From: an uncultured Methanosarcinales archaeon
GTDB taxonomy: Archaea; Halobacteriota; Methanosarcinia; Methanotrichales; Methanotrichaceae
Length of the DNA: 64,000 nucleotides
Direction of reading: 5' to 3'
Assembly (NCBI GenBank): GCA_963843555.1
Contig: CAWJKV010000004.1
Span: forward strand, 64,001 to 128,000
The translations under genes were made by a program, and so were the position numbers. The notes below the pieces were generated by a model, which worked only from the letters and a program-made list of their open reading frames with translations, searched no databases and had not been told where the DNA came from. This document shows, piece after piece, positions 1 through 11,202 of this stretch (positions are counted from its first letter, which is position 1; each line of letters begins with the position of its first letter).

Positions 1-1947
1 GACCAGTACTACGGCCTTGTTGGGCAGGAAGCGCGATCTAATGGTGCTCAACATCTCAGTTATCCCTGAGTCTTCCGCTTCGCCTACAAGAGCGACCTCA
101 CGTGTCGGCCCCAGTTCATAGTCCAGAGCGCATAGCAGCATGGTGTGACCAACGGGTTGCTCTCTGGCAGCAGCAAAAATGGATCGTGACAGATTAGTAG
201 CCGACTTTTCGAGGGCCAGATCTCCGGTGAGGTGCATAAGCCGGAGCAGGTTTTGCATGGCAACGGAATTTCCAGAGGGCACCGCTCCATCATAATACTC
301 CTTTCGGCGCAGCGGCAGTGCTTCGCCATCCCTCGGAGAGAAGAAAAGACCTCCATGATCTGAATCCCAGAAATTCTGCATCATGGCCTGGTTGAGCTGC
401 AAGGCGGTCTCTAGATACTTGACCTCGAAGACTGTCTCGTAAAGATCAATTAAACCCCAGACAAGGAAAGCATAATCATCCAGATTGGCCTGTAGGCCTG
501 CAGTGCCCCGATATCGGTGCAGAAGTTTCCCTTCAGAATCTCGCATCTTCTCTCTAAGGAAATCAGCGGCCCGTTTCGCGGCTGCTGCATAATGGGGTGC
601 ATCCAGGGCCTGAGCCGCTTTTGCCAGAGCAGCTATCATCAATCCATTCCAGTCGGTGAGGATCTTATCGTCCTTTAGGGGGTGAATTCGCCCCTCCCTA
701 ACCTGGAAAAGCTTGACTCTGATTCTATTCCAGGAATCGTAAAGCACAGATTCCGGCATCTTCAGGATCGCTGCCGCATCGCTGAAGGCAGACATCTGGC
801 GCAGGATGTTTCTTCCTTTTTCGAAGTTGCCTCTCTCATGTACATCATAGAGCCGGATCAGCAATTTGAAATCCTCTTTATCCAGAACCTCTTCGAGTTC
901 CTCTGCCGTCCAGGAATAGAATTTACCCTCTTCTCCCTCGCTGTCGGCATCTTCTGCGGAATAAAAGCCTCCTTCAGAATTTGTCATATCTCTTAGAACA
1001 TACTCCAGGATCTCGCGTACAGTTCTGGCGTATTCCTCTTTGCCAGTAGCCTGATAGGCCTCTGTATAGGCAATGGCTAGCAGCGCCTGGTCGTAGAGCA
1101 TCTTCTCGAAATGAGGTAGCGACCATTCCGCATCCGTCGAGTACCTGTGAAATCCGAAGCCTACATGATCAAAGATCCCGCCCATGCGCATGGCCTGAAG
1201 CGTGGCCTCAACCATCTCAAGAGTTTGATCGTCACCGGTCCGCCGCCAGTACCGCAAAAGGAAGAGAATGTTGTGGGGCGCAGGAAACTTGGGCGCATTG
1301 CCAAAGCCGCCATTCCTGGCATCATAGATCGAGGCCAGGGATTGGTAGCCTCTGGCAAGGTATGAGACATCCAGATCCCCGGACTTCGCCACCAGATTCT
1401 GCGATTGCCTTAGAGAATCCACAATCCTGTCAGCGGAATCGAGCAGCTCATTTCTATTACTATCCCAAATCTCTTTGATCTTGGGGATGAGCTCTATCAT
1501 TCCTGCCTGGCCATAGCGGCCGTTCTTGGGTATGTATGTGGCGGCGAAGAAGGGTCTCTTTTCTGGAGTCATGATGACAGTGAGAGGCCAGCCGCCCCGG
1601 CCGGTCATGCCTATTGCCACAGCCATGTACATATGGTCTATATCCGGACGCTCTTCCCTGTCTACTTTTATGCAGATGAAGGACTGATTCAAAAGCTTGG
1701 CTACCTCCGCATCCTCGAAGGACTCATGAGCCATGACGTGGCACCAGTGGCAGGTGGAGTAGCCCACTGATAGAAAAACGGGTTTGTCCTCCTTCCTGGC
1801 GGCTTCAAAGGCCCCCTCGCCCCAGGGGTACCATTGCACGGGATTGTAGGCATGCTGCAACAGATACGGGCTCTCTTCTGTTATGAGCCGGTTCGGCTGG
1901 CCGGCGGCTCTTGATAGGTCCTTGCTGGAAATGGGATCTTCTGTCAT
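1..1947 (-). CDS. Thioredoxin-domain protein, YyaL/SSP411 (DUF255) family; 3' end runs off the window
   Basis: Hand translation from ATG at 1947: ...[26 protein letters not shown]...[22 protein letters not shown]...[11 protein letters not shown]...GGWPL; frame is in register with position 1, which explains its absence from the ORF track. Confidence 0.9.
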   Translation of the reverse strand, partial: MTEDPISSKDLSRAAGQPNRLITEESPYLLQHAYNPVQWYPWGEGAFEAARKEDKPVFLSVGYSTCHWCHVMAHESFEDAEVAKLLNQSFICIKVDREERPDIDHMYMAVAIGMTGRGGWPLTVIMTPEKRPFFAATYIPKNGRYGQAGMIELIPKIKEIWDSNRNELLDSADRIVDSLRQSQNLVAKSGDLDVSYLARGYQSLASIYDARNGGFGNAPKFPAPHNILFLLRYWRRTGDDQTLEMVEATLQAMRMGGIFDHVGFGFHRYSTDAEWSLPHFEKMLYDQALLAIAYTEAYQATGKEEYARTVREILEYVLRDMTNSEGGFYSAEDADSEGEEGKFYSWTAEELEEVLDKEDFKLLIRLYDVHERGNFEKGRNILRQMSAFSDAAAILKMPESVLYDSWNRIRVKLFQVREGRIHPLKDDKILTDWNGLMIAALAKAAQALDAPHYAAAAKRAADFLREKMRDSEGKLLHRYRGTAGLQANLDDYAFLVWGLIDLYETVFEVKYLETALQLNQAMMQNFWDSDHGGLFFSPRDGEALPLRRKEYYDGAVPSGNSVAMQNLLRLMHLTGDLALEKSATNLSRSIFAAAREQPVGHTMLLCALDYELGPTREVALVGEAEDSGITEMLSTIRSRFLPNKAVVLV

Positions 1948-2319
1948 GACAACCTCATCATATCTTATTGTCATTATCAATACATGAATCCATGCTTAAA
2001 ATTATGCAGAATCAGTATTTGAGTCCATAGTTGGATTCTCAGAATTAGTAATACTAATATTATTTGTATTGTTGGTAGTCTTGCGAACATGCGCTTGATT
2101 TCTTTATCTTGATCCTTGTTGTGCCTGCCAGATTGAAAGAGCATATATGCATTATTTCGTAAAGTATGACTTTCAATACCGCGATTATGATCGCCATAAT
2201 GACTACTATCATTCTATTGAATATCAATATGATAATATTCTCCGGCGATCTTCGATATGTTTATATCCTTATGAGACCAATTATTTGTATACTCTATTGA
2301 GTATAGGGGTGAATGTGAA

Positions 2320-3192
2320 ATGAAGGGAGTAATTGTAGCGGTAGCATTAGTTTTAGCTCAATTGCTATGCTTTACCGCATTGGCGACCCCCCCACTCGTG
2401 CCGCCAGTGCAGTATGAACAGTTTTGTGAATCACAGAAGGTATCAGGAACCGGTATAGTCGACGTCAGCACATCGATAATCGACAAGAAGATTGCCCTGG
2501 AATATTTTAACAACATGGCGGGTGACGGCGATTTTGAGCTTGACTCTGAGCATGCTTACTCACAGAATTCCGATAAACTGAAGAGAAGCATATCCTCAGT
2601 CAATAACGGAAGCGCATCCGAACTCAATCTCTACGAGAAGACCAAGCTCACCTATTCCGGTGAGACGCCATTGGTGGGTGCCAAGTTCATACAATCGAAG
2701 GATTTCTATGGTGGAATAGGAGCAAAGGTCCAGGAGACCTTCGCAGTCAACGAGATGGAGAAGGATGAGACGTCGTTCTTTGTCTCAACCACGCCATACA
2801 ATCCGACGGACCCGTCAAAAGCTCTCTGCGACGACTATTTGAATCTTCTTGCAACATACTATCCTGAGGAATATGCCCAATACATGGCTCAGCCCTCTCC
2901 GAAAATAACTCCGGAAGAGCTCATAAACGAGCTGAAAGAAGCGGGAAGAGATACAGACAGAGTAGCTGAACTCATGGGCAACAATCCGGCCCACTTGATT
3001 GGCATCGAGACCAAGAATTCCTTCAATGGTACCTGGGGCACCGATGCCTCATGGCATAAGATATTCTACAAGGATATCAAAGCCCACGAGTTGTTCTCCG
3101 GAACATTCGAGGCTGAGAAGACAATCAAGTTCCATGAGAGTCCTGTGCCGGAAACTGATGACACCACTGCTTGTGAAGGCATAGATTGCTAG
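2320..3192 (+). CDS. Secreted hypothetical protein, beta-rich, C-terminal CxxxxC
   Basis: 290 aa ORF with signal peptide, GGGGTGA RBS upstream, T-rich tract downstream. Confidence 0.75.
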   Translation: MKGVIVAVALVLAQLLCFTALATPPLVPPVQYEQFCESQKVSGTGIVDVSTSIIDKKIALEYFNNMAGDGDFELDSEHAYSQNSDKLKRSISSVNNGSASELNLYEKTKLTYSGETPLVGAKFIQSKDFYGGIGAKVQETFAVNEMEKDETSFFVSTTPYNPTDPSKALCDDYLNLLATYYPEEYAQYMAQPSPKITPEELINELKEAGRDTDRVAELMGNNPAHLIGIETKNSFNGTWGTDASWHKIFYKDIKAHELFSGTFEAEKTIKFHESPVPETDDTTACEGIDC

Positions 3193-3870
3193 GAAAGCCT
3201 GGCAATCAATTTCTTTTTTCTTGCCTTTCTTGGCCCGGCTTCATCCTTTCCCTCCGCTTCCATATCCCAGGACAAGGGCTCTTATCTTCGGAATGTGGTC
3301 CATTAAGAGCATTGTAGTCTCTCTGAATATTATGATCGAGGGCTGAAAGATCAAATAAACATCATGCGCCTTTAGCGACAAACCTCCTGTTATTACCAAT
3401 CGGATGAGGTTCTAAAAATTGTAATAGGATTTTTTCATAGTTTAAGCGCCAATCTCATACATTTTTAGCAAAAAGATTTTGGAGAAGATTATGATAAGAA
3501 TCCCCAATTCGAACTGAGAATAATAGTTAACTAAAGCCACATGCGCCTGTAGAAAAAGCGCTGATACTTTTATGTGATGATATAGTTTTATCTTCTTTCT
3601 TTTTCAATTCCTCTTTAATACATATGCAGAATTACTTTTGAATGAAATTCTTGAAGCCTTATACAGTAAAATTTATATATGATAGGTGATAAGTATGAAC
3701 ACGGATCCGGGATTTCTTAAAGACTTTTTAAGTCATCCATCCCCTCAAGATGAATTGACCCGGATCCTCCCCTTGAAATAGTAAGAAATGATTTTATCCA
3801 GGACATACGAAATCTCTTTACTGAGGGTTTGGCTCAAATTCTGATCTATCCCGGAAGATTGTGGTGGATT

Positions 3871-4305
3871 ATGATCGAGATTGATACCAGAAAACCGGTA
3901 GACGCTGTAGATATTACAGCTCACGTAGAAAAGGCTCTTCTTGAGAGCGGTATAGAGAGTGGCACCTGCCTGGTTTATACTCTTCATACAACTACTGGAT
4001 TGACTGTGAATGAAGCTGATGCAGCTTTGATGACAGACATATTGAATCTCCTGGAAAAGATAGCTCCAGTGGGTGCGGGCTACCGGCATGACCATGGAAA
4101 GGGCAATGCCCATGCCCACCTTCGAGCCATGCTGCTTGGAAATAGCGTTATAATTCCGGTTGAGCAAAATCGTCTGGCCCTGGGAGCGTGGCAGAGAATC
4201 CTCTTCTTCGAACTGGATGGCCCGAGAAGGCGCAGGATTTGTGTCAAGGTCGTTCCCGATCAGGATCAAAATTGTGGACCAAATAGGAACCGGATCCTGC
4301 AATAG
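3871..4305 (+). CDS. yjbQ: YjbQ/UPF0047 family protein
   Basis: HTTTGLTVNE, YRHD..GNAHAHLRA and LGAWQRILFFELDGPR motifs; ATG at 3871 preferred. Confidence 0.9.
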   Translation: MIEIDTRKPVDAVDITAHVEKALLESGIESGTCLVYTLHTTTGLTVNEADAALMTDILNLLEKIAPVGAGYRHDHGKGNAHAHLRAMLLGNSVIIPVEQNRLALGAWQRILFFELDGPRRRRICVKVVPDQDQNCGPNRNRILQ

Positions 4306-4383
4306 ATGCTTGAAAAGAGCCCGTGATAAATGCATACAAAGGATCAAGAGAGGGCCATAATATGCCCTCAATTTCTGTGCCAT

Positions 4384-5256
4384 CTATTTGAATATCGGAG
4401 TCCCCGTCTTCATTGTCAACTCCTTGAAGGCCGCCATAAGTTTCAAAGTTATTGGACCGGGCTTGCCTGTACCTATGATCCTGCCATCGGCTTTGGTGAC
4501 AGGCGCAACCTCAGCCGCCGTGCCAGTAACGAAGACCTCATCTCCAGTGTAGAGGTCAAACAGGCCCAGATCTCTTTCCAGAACCTCATAGCCCTGAACC
4601 TTTGCCAGCTCCAGGACTGCCTCCCTGGTAATGCCCTTGAGATTGTTTATTGTATGAGGGGTATAGATTTTTTTATCTTTTATGATAAATATATTGTCGC
4701 CGCTCCCCTCGGATAGCCTTCCCTGAGCATCGAGGATGATGGCCTCATTGCCTCCCTTGATATTGGCCTCGATCTTGGCCAGAATGTTGTTCAGGTAGTT
4801 GAGGCTCTTGATGTTCGGTGGCAGGGCGTCAGGTGAGTTACGGCGAACGGCGACGCTGACTGCCGTCAGACCAACCTCGTAGAGACTTCCATACATTGCA
4901 CCCCACTCGATAGCTATGATGATGACCGTGGCCAGACTGCACTTATTAGGGTCAAGGCCCAGGTCACCGAAACCCCGCGTGACTATGGGGCGGATGTAGG
5001 CATCGCGCAGGTTATTCCGGCGCAGCGTCTCAAGAATTGCTTCGCACATCTCATCCTGGCTCATGGGAACGCAGAGCATGATGGCTTGAGCCGAGTCGAA
5101 GAGCCTCTTGACGTGATCCTCAAGCCGGAAGACGCGCCCTCCATAAGCTCTTATGCCCTCGAAAACCCCGTCGCCATACAGAAATCCGTGATCGAAGACC
5201 GAGACTGCGGCCTTCTCAGGCGGAACAAACTCCCCATTAAGATAAATAAGATTCAT
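4384..5256 (-). CDS. ilvE: Branched-chain amino acid aminotransferase
   Basis: [30 protein letters not shown] and GTAAEV class IV motifs. Confidence 0.95.
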   Translation of the reverse strand: MNLIYLNGEFVPPEKAAVSVFDHGFLYGDGVFEGIRAYGGRVFRLEDHVKRLFDSAQAIMLCVPMSQDEMCEAILETLRRNNLRDAYIRPIVTRGFGDLGLDPNKCSLATVIIIAIEWGAMYGSLYEVGLTAVSVAVRRNSPDALPPNIKSLNYLNNILAKIEANIKGGNEAIILDAQGRLSEGSGDNIFIIKDKKIYTPHTINNLKGITREAVLELAKVQGYEVLERDLGLFDLYTGDEVFVTGTAAEVAPVTKADGRIIGTGKPGPITLKLMAAFKELTMKTGTPIFK

Positions 5257-5398
5257 AGATCATCCTGACTTCGCACAACTGCCCAGGATAAATGCATTTT
5301 GATCGCCGAAGGAACCCATTTCTGGATCTAATGGGAATCGATGGGTTTATTACAGAAGGATGGAAGGTTGTTGCCTACTCTTTACGGGGTTTGGAGCT

Positions 5399-5809
5399 AT
5401 GGCAAAACTTGGTTTCGTTGTCTCGGAGTTCAATAGGGACATCACCTATCAGATGGAGCTTTTGGGCAGAGAGCATGCCCAGTTCCTGGGAGCAGAGGTC
5501 AAGGCGGTCATTTATGTCCCTGGAGTATATGACATGCCCATCGTTGCAAGAAAGCTGCTGCGTCGCGAGGACATCGATGCAGTCGTGACAATTGGCTGTG
5601 TGATCCAGGGGGAAACTGCCCATGATGAGGTTGTGGTCTCACACGCGGCTCGTTTGCTGATGGACCTATCTATGGAGTTCGATAAACCTGTCACTCTTGG
5701 AATCACCGGCCCCAAGATGTCCAGGGCTGATGCGCAAAAGCGCGTGGATTATGCCAAGCGAGCGGTAGAAGCGGCAGTCAAGCTACTGCAAAGGCTTGGT
5801 GGTGATTAG
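5399..5809 (+). CDS. ribH: 6,7-dimethyl-8-ribityllumazine synthase
   Basis: VVSEFN, VPGVYDMP, IGCVIQGETAHDE and KPVTLGITGP motifs; GGAG before ATG 5399. Confidence 0.93.
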   Translation: MAKLGFVVSEFNRDITYQMELLGREHAQFLGAEVKAVIYVPGVYDMPIVARKLLRREDIDAVVTIGCVIQGETAHDEVVVSHAARLLMDLSMEFDKPVTLGITGPKMSRADAQKRVDYAKRAVEAAVKLLQRLGGD

Positions 5810-5811
5810 AC

Positions 5812-6948
5812 ATGGTCTCAGCGCGGATGGCATCCATCCATGAGTCAACGACATTGAAGATCTCTGCCATGGCAAGGAAGCTCACCGCCAGCGGCCTTGA
5901 TATCATCGACATGGGTGTGGGCGAGCCAGATTTCGATACACCAAAGCACATTGTCGAAGCGGGCTGCAACTCGATCAAGATGGGCGAAACGCACTATTCG
6001 CCCACGGCTGGCATTCCCGAACTGCGACGGGCTATATCCGAGAAGCTTTGCCGGGATAATTCACTTCATGCCACCGCTGATGACGTCATTGTGACTCCTG
6101 GGGCAAAGATGGCCGTCTTTGCAGCCATCCAGGCGCTCCTGCAGGAGGGTGACGAGTGCGTCTTAATCGGCCCCTCCTGGGTGAGCTATGAGCCATGTGT
6201 CGCCTTCTCAGGAGCCTCTGTCAACTGGGGAAATGTGGATGAGAACTTCAGGCCTCTTGACCTCGCCGCAAATATAAATCCTAAAACCCGGCTAATTCTC
6301 GTCAATTCTCCATCCAATCCGACGGGTGCAGTTTTTGATAAATCGGTTCTGTCGGAGATTCGCGACCTGGCAGAAGACCACAATCTTTTCGTAATTTCCG
6401 ATGAGATCTATGAAAAGATAATTTATGATCATATGCATATCAGCATTGGTTCGCTGCCGGGAATGGAGGATCGAACAGTAACCATCAATGGTTTTTCCAA
6501 GGCCTACGCCATGACAGGCTGGCGTCTGGGGTACCTTACAGGTCCCAGGGAGACCTTAAAGTGGGTTACCAGACTCCTATCTCACTCTGTCTCCCAGGCC
6601 ACGACCTTTGTGCAGCGTGCCGGAGTCGCAGCTATGCAGGGACCCCAAGATGAGGTCGCATCCATGGTGGCAGAGTTTCGAGCACGCCGGGATCTGCTTG
6701 TGGGAGGCCTGAAGAGTTTGGGAATACCTTGCAGTAATCCTGGGGGCGCGTTCTATGTCTTCCCTGATGTATCCGAATTTGGCGGCGGTGATGCCTTCAC
6801 TGATAAGCTCTTGAAGGATGCTCTCATTGCGGCTACGCCAGGATCTGCTTTTGGCCCGGGTGGAGAGAATCATGTCCGGCTATCCTATGCCACTTCCCAG
6901 AGTCGGATCAAGGAGGCGCTGGAGAGGATAGAAAAGACTCTGAAATAA
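5812..6948 (+). CDS. PLP-dependent aminotransferase class I/II (aspartate aminotransferase-like)
   Basis: GEPDFDTP, NSPSNPTG, SDEIY and GFSKAYAMTGWRLG motifs. Confidence 0.93.
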   Translation: MVSARMASIHESTTLKISAMARKLTASGLDIIDMGVGEPDFDTPKHIVEAGCNSIKMGETHYSPTAGIPELRRAISEKLCRDNSLHATADDVIVTPGAKMAVFAAIQALLQEGDECVLIGPSWVSYEPCVAFSGASVNWGNVDENFRPLDLAANINPKTRLILVNSPSNPTGAVFDKSVLSEIRDLAEDHNLFVISDEIYEKIIYDHMHISIGSLPGMEDRTVTINGFSKAYAMTGWRLGYLTGPRETLKWVTRLLSHSVSQATTFVQRAGVAAMQGPQDEVASMVAEFRARRDLLVGGLKSLGIPCSNPGGAFYVFPDVSEFGGGDAFTDKLLKDALIAATPGSAFGPGGENHVRLSYATSQSRIKEALERIEKTLK

Positions 6949-7021
6949 GGATTTGAACCCATTTCGTTTGCTTATCTTCGTTTATTTCTTATCCTCAAAA
7001 TAATTATTTAGATTTATAGTT

Positions 7022-7468
7022 TTACTCTCTTCCAGGCACAATTATGACCGGGACCCTGGAATGGCGTACCACCTTTTCTGCCACGCTGCCAATCATTATT
7101 TTTTCCAGTCCCGTCCGGCCAATGCTTCCCATCATTAGCAGATCCGTTCCTGATTCAGAGGATCGCCTGAGGATCTCTTCGCTGGGGTTTCCCTCAGCAA
7201 CAATCTTCTCAAAAGGTACATCCTCATTGGAGGCCATCTCTCCGATTTCTGATGTGGCATCCTCTGCTTCCTTGAACATGAGCTCCATCAATCTCTCACT
7301 TATGCCTGGCAAGGCTGTGTAACCAGGAAGCTTAGACAGCCTTAATAAATCCACGACATAGATCGCCGCAACTGTGCCTCCCGCAAGCTTCGCCAGACCC
7401 ACGGCGAGCTTTGCCGTTCTCATGCTCGTCTCGGATCCATCCGTCGCGACCATTATCTTCCTGAACAT
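7022..7468 (-). CDS. Universal stress protein
   Basis: KIMVATDGS...MGSIGRTG...GSVAEKVVRHSRVPV. Confidence 0.92.
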   Translation of the reverse strand: MFRKIMVATDGSETSMRTAKLAVGLAKLAGGTVAAIYVVDLLRLSKLPGYTALPGISERLMELMFKEAEDATSEIGEMASNEDVPFEKIVAEGNPSEEILRRSSESGTDLLMMGSIGRTGLEKIMIGSVAEKVVRHSRVPVIIVPGRE

Positions 7469-7517
7469 GGTTATAACCTCATAGAGTAATAAGCCAAACC
7501 AGATATTGAGCCTATGC

Positions 7518-8537
7518 TTAAGCTTCTTTTGTTACAGTGGTTGCACAGGTTCCGTTCGCCTTTAACGCAATCTTTTCTCTATCGGAGAGCAAACATCCGC
7601 AAGATCCTTCTTTAGCTATGGCGCAATTGCAGGGTTCAATATGAATTGTGACCGTAGTTCCCGGATAGTGTTGTTTGATGGAGCAGGTGACCATATCTGC
7701 AATGCGGTGTGACTCGTCTACAGACATCATTGCGTCGACTCGGATATGAAACTCCACAAAGCGACTGGCACCTGCCTTTCGCGTGCGCAGCCTGTGGATT
7801 CCTCTGATAGTTGGAGCAAAGGCAATTATGTGCTTGCGCACCTCTTCCACTTCATCAGTAGGTAGACCCACGTCGACAAGATCGCGGGCCGATTCGACTG
7901 TCAAGTGATACGCAGCTTTGATGATCAATCCCGCGACTATCATCGCCGCTACTGGATCTACCCATTGCAGGTTTACGCTCGGGGCTATCAATCCGCCGAC
8001 CACAATGATGAGGAGGCCGCCCATTACCCCCAAGGATGTATAGACGTCAGTACGTAAATGCCAGGCATCTGCCTTCAATGCCACGGAATCCGTCTCCTGG
8101 CCAACTTTGAAGAGCCTTTTGGAGACGAATATGTTTGCTGCCACGGAGAGAAGCATGACTGCTACTCCCCACCCCGCATGATCCAACGGTTCGGGGTTTC
8201 TTAACTTCTTTACGGCCTCGAAGAGAATCCAACCTGCAGCAACGAAGATGAGCAATGCTTCCACTGTACCGGATATATTCTCAACCTTGTCGTGTCCAAA
8301 GGGATGATCCTCATCGGCAGGTCTTGCTGACGTCCGGACGGCGAAGAGAGCGATAACGGCTGCAAGCAGGTCCACTCCTGAGTGGATTGCCTCGGAAATG
8401 ACAGAGACTGATCCAATCGTCGATCCGACGATGAGCTTGAGAAGAACTAAGCACGAGTTAGAAATGACCGAAAGAAGAGCGACATTCGTCTTCCGTTTGT
8501 TTCTGACTTCGGGACTACCTTCCATAATAGTTTCCAC
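7518..8537 (-). CDS. Cation diffusion facilitator (FieF-like) with Cys-rich C-terminal tail
   Basis: SEAIHSGVD, PADEDHPFGH, DAWHLRTD and HIEP motifs; alternative ATG at 8525. Confidence 0.92.
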   Translation of the reverse strand: METIMEGSPEVRNKRKTNVALLSVISNSCLVLLKLIVGSTIGSVSVISEAIHSGVDLLAAVIALFAVRTSARPADEDHPFGHDKVENISGTVEALLIFVAAGWILFEAVKKLRNPEPLDHAGWGVAVMLLSVAANIFVSKRLFKVGQETDSVALKADAWHLRTDVYTSLGVMGGLLIIVVGGLIAPSVNLQWVDPVAAMIVAGLIIKAAYHLTVESARDLVDVGLPTDEVEEVRKHIIAFAPTIRGIHRLRTRKAGASRFVEFHIRVDAMMSVDESHRIADMVTCSIKQHYPGTTVTIHIEPCNCAIAKEGSCGCLLSDREKIALKANGTCATTVTKEA

Positions 8538-8544
8538 AATATTT

Positions 8545-8561
8545 TGACTGACTGTCAGTCA
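8545..8561. promoter_or_regulatory. Perfect inverted repeat TGACTGAC-T-GTCAGTCA, candidate repressor operator of the CDF-USP genes
   Basis: Lies between a minus-strand TATA box (TTTTATATA, 8571-8579) and the CDF start codon. Confidence 0.6.
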
Positions 8562-8642
8562 TCATAATAGTATATAAAACTATCTCGGGTGGCTGATACG
8601 TGTAGCGGATACCCGAGAGCAAAGAAATGAACGGCTCGTCCT

Positions 8643-9068
8643 TCAGTTTCGTCTTCTAATCAGGCAGCCTGCCGCCAATATAACCAACACGGCCAAAATC
8701 GCTGGGATTCCTGGTTGCTGGTTGATCCTCTGGTTGAGCTGGTTTTTCATTTCCTCTTTCGCCCTTTGCTCCAACCCCTCTGGAGTGATATTCAGATCTT
8801 GGTTGAGCCTCTGTTCAAGTTGCTGCTTTGCCTTTCCCGTGAGATTTTCCCTTGTTGCATTGAGGTCCTGAGTGATGTGCTCCCGGGTCAGATTTCCCTC
8901 CGCAACATGTTGAACCGCCTTCTGCTGAAGCTGCTCTCCTGCACCACTCACCTGTTCCTGGAGGGATCCGGCTACAGCATCAATAGGATTCTGGGCAAAT
9001 GCCACTGAGATCAGGACTAAAAGAGCCCCAGTAATAATTATGGATCGTATCTTCATATCAATCATCAC
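8643..9068 (-). CDS. Secreted Gln-rich protein with PGF-CTERM-like sorting signal
   Basis: Signal peptide; C-terminal QQPGI + hydrophobic helix + RRR. Confidence 0.75.
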   Translation of the reverse strand: MMIDMKIRSIIITGALLVLISVAFAQNPIDAVAGSLQEQVSGAGEQLQQKAVQHVAEGNLTREHITQDLNATRENLTGKAKQQLEQRLNQDLNITPEGLEQRAKEEMKNQLNQRINQQPGIPAILAVLVILAAGCLIRRRN

Positions 9069-9185
9069 CTGAGTCCGATTTTTTCAAGCCCCTTCAATAA
9101 CTATTGTTAACTTAAAAGGCTAACGCCCCATTCAGGTCTTAAATATCCCACCATTCGGCCCAAGACCGGCCCGATTCCGGAGACT

Positions 9186-9815
9186 CTAAACAACGAGAAT
9201 GAATTTGTAATCCTTTACCGCAAGGGTTCTGCCAAGAATTGTCTCCAGGGAGCTTTGCATCTTCTCGCGGCGCATGGGGTCGGCGAATATCTCTGGGTGA
9301 TGGAAGAAGTAGACGAGAGATGCGAGCAGAAACTCCACGGACTCCGTAGGGTATTGTACATCAAAAATGCCGGCACGGGTCCCCTCTGCAACCACAATGG
9401 TCATGAGAGGAACGAGCCGCTCAATGGTGTGCCGCTCCATCTTCTCATGCATCACGGCATTGCTCTCCTCATGAAGGTAATCCATTATCTCCTTTCTGGA
9501 GGCACTTATATCTATGATACTATTGACTATATCATTGAGTTTCAGGGCAGCGTTTGCGTCTTCTCTATTCATAATCTGCCTGACATTTTCTTCCAGTGCC
9601 GCTATATCCTTCTCGATGATGGCTTCGAGGATCTCTTCCTTAGAACTGAAGTAGTAGTAGAAAGTGCCCTGTGCCACTTCTATTGCCCGGACAATATCGG
9701 CGACCGTTGTCTGTTCGTACCCCTTCTCCAGGAAAAGTCGCTCCGCGGTATCGATGAGTTCCTGCCTGCGCTGCTCAGGAACCTTTGTAACTCGCTCTTT
9801 TGCTGCTCGTCTCAA
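9186..9815 (-). CDS. TetR/AcrR family transcriptional regulator
   Basis: AERLFLEKGYEQTTVADI...AQGTFYYYFSSKEEI HTH. Confidence 0.92.
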   Translation of the reverse strand: MRRAAKERVTKVPEQRRQELIDTAERLFLEKGYEQTTVADIVRAIEVAQGTFYYYFSSKEEILEAIIEKDIAALEENVRQIMNREDANAALKLNDIVNSIIDISASRKEIMDYLHEESNAVMHEKMERHTIERLVPLMTIVVAEGTRAGIFDVQYPTESVEFLLASLVYFFHHPEIFADPMRREKMQSSLETILGRTLAVKDYKFILVV

Positions 9816-10104
9816 AATCTTCTGCCCCGGATCGATTGAAGATCGGTCATAAATTCTCGTATAAGAGTCTTTCCATTAGACTGACTAGGATATATAATTC
9901 CTTAATATTTTATAATCGATAATAAGCTATTCAATCCGCAGATGAATTACATAGAGCGCCCTTGACCATCATATATCAGGCAGATTCTTCCGTAACATTT
10001 TTGAAGTATGGGTGGAATGATAAAACATGTGTATGATGGATTGGAGGTTTGGCCAGCCCGAATGGATAAGGCAAACCCCACATAATGCAGGAGTCTGATA
10101 TCTC

Positions 10105-10584
10105 ATGCGTAAATTCTATGCTGATGCGAGAAGTTATCTGTTATTGGGCCTGGTCTTGATCTCCTTATCTTTAACTTCCATTGCCATGCCCGCGCTTAAT
10201 CTGACCAAGACATGCAACACAATATCAGCCTGTCCCGGTGATACGATATTCTATACTTTTGATTTAAAAAATAATGGAACAGAACCTCTCAGCAATCCAA
10301 CTCTCCTGGATGATCATCTCGGCAAAATTCCTGTTAACCGAAGCGTGCTCGAGGTCGGAGATAGTTGCATAGTGAGCGTTTCTTATCAAGTAAATGGCTC
10401 TGATCTGCCCGGTCCGCTGGTCAATTTTGCAAGAGCCACGGCTAAGTGTAGAGGTAGTGACGTATACTCGAATAATGCCAGCTTTGCAGTGAGTTTGGGT
10501 ATTATGGGATATGAGAACCTTTCTAAATATGGATATGCCAGCTTCGTTCCTGCAAATCCATTATCTTTGCAGAATTCAGCCTGA
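10105..10584 (+). CDS. Secreted protein with DUF11-like Ig-fold repeat
   Basis: Signal peptide; LNLTKT...PGDTIFYTFDLKNNG...L.N.ARATA pattern. Confidence 0.7.
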   Translation: MRKFYADARSYLLLGLVLISLSLTSIAMPALNLTKTCNTISACPGDTIFYTFDLKNNGTEPLSNPTLLDDHLGKIPVNRSVLEVGDSCIVSVSYQVNGSDLPGPLVNFARATAKCRGSDVYSNNASFAVSLGIMGYENLSKYGYASFVPANPLSLQNSA

Positions 10585-11202
10585 ATTCCAATTGTCTAGT
10601 CGGAATCGATGGAAGACCCAAGGTTCGCATGGGGAAGCATCTGAAGAATTAGAGTCCCCGGCCTCTACTCCTGCAACCTAACATAGCCTTATATAGATTT
10701 ATCTCTGTTTAGGGTTTGAATTGTTTTCCAGAAGCGCACCCCCTCAATCAGGAAATTCATCCACCTGTCAGAGGAGATCGTAATTCAGGTGAAATGACAT
10801 GGATCAACCAAGCATGGATCAACCCAAGAAGAGTAAAAATGAAGTAGGAAGCAGGTCGGGACGGATAGTTATAGAGCAAGAGGACAAGGCGAGAGAGGCC
10901 CGCAGGTGGCAGCGCAAAAGAGAGACGATCAAACGATACGCTGGGGCAAAGTGAGTTCGCGCAAATAAAGCCCAATTTTTGCATTCAATCTTATCAGTAT
11001 TTTCGATTGTCCATTAGCGGCAGAGAATCCTGCCGCACGAGCCTCTACTCCATAAATTGTCAGTATTATGTTGTCGCAATCGTCTATATCTATTCTAAAC
11101 TATAAATAAAGGTTGGCGATCCGGGAAAGTGCTGCATTCTCTCTCCTTCTACTCGGATCTCCCCCACCACCTTCATCCAGATTCGTTCCTCGTAGCCCTG
11201 GA

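Noticed and set aside
5257..5398. FMN riboswitch upstream of ribH
   Set aside because: No RFN consensus; it is a short divergent promoter region
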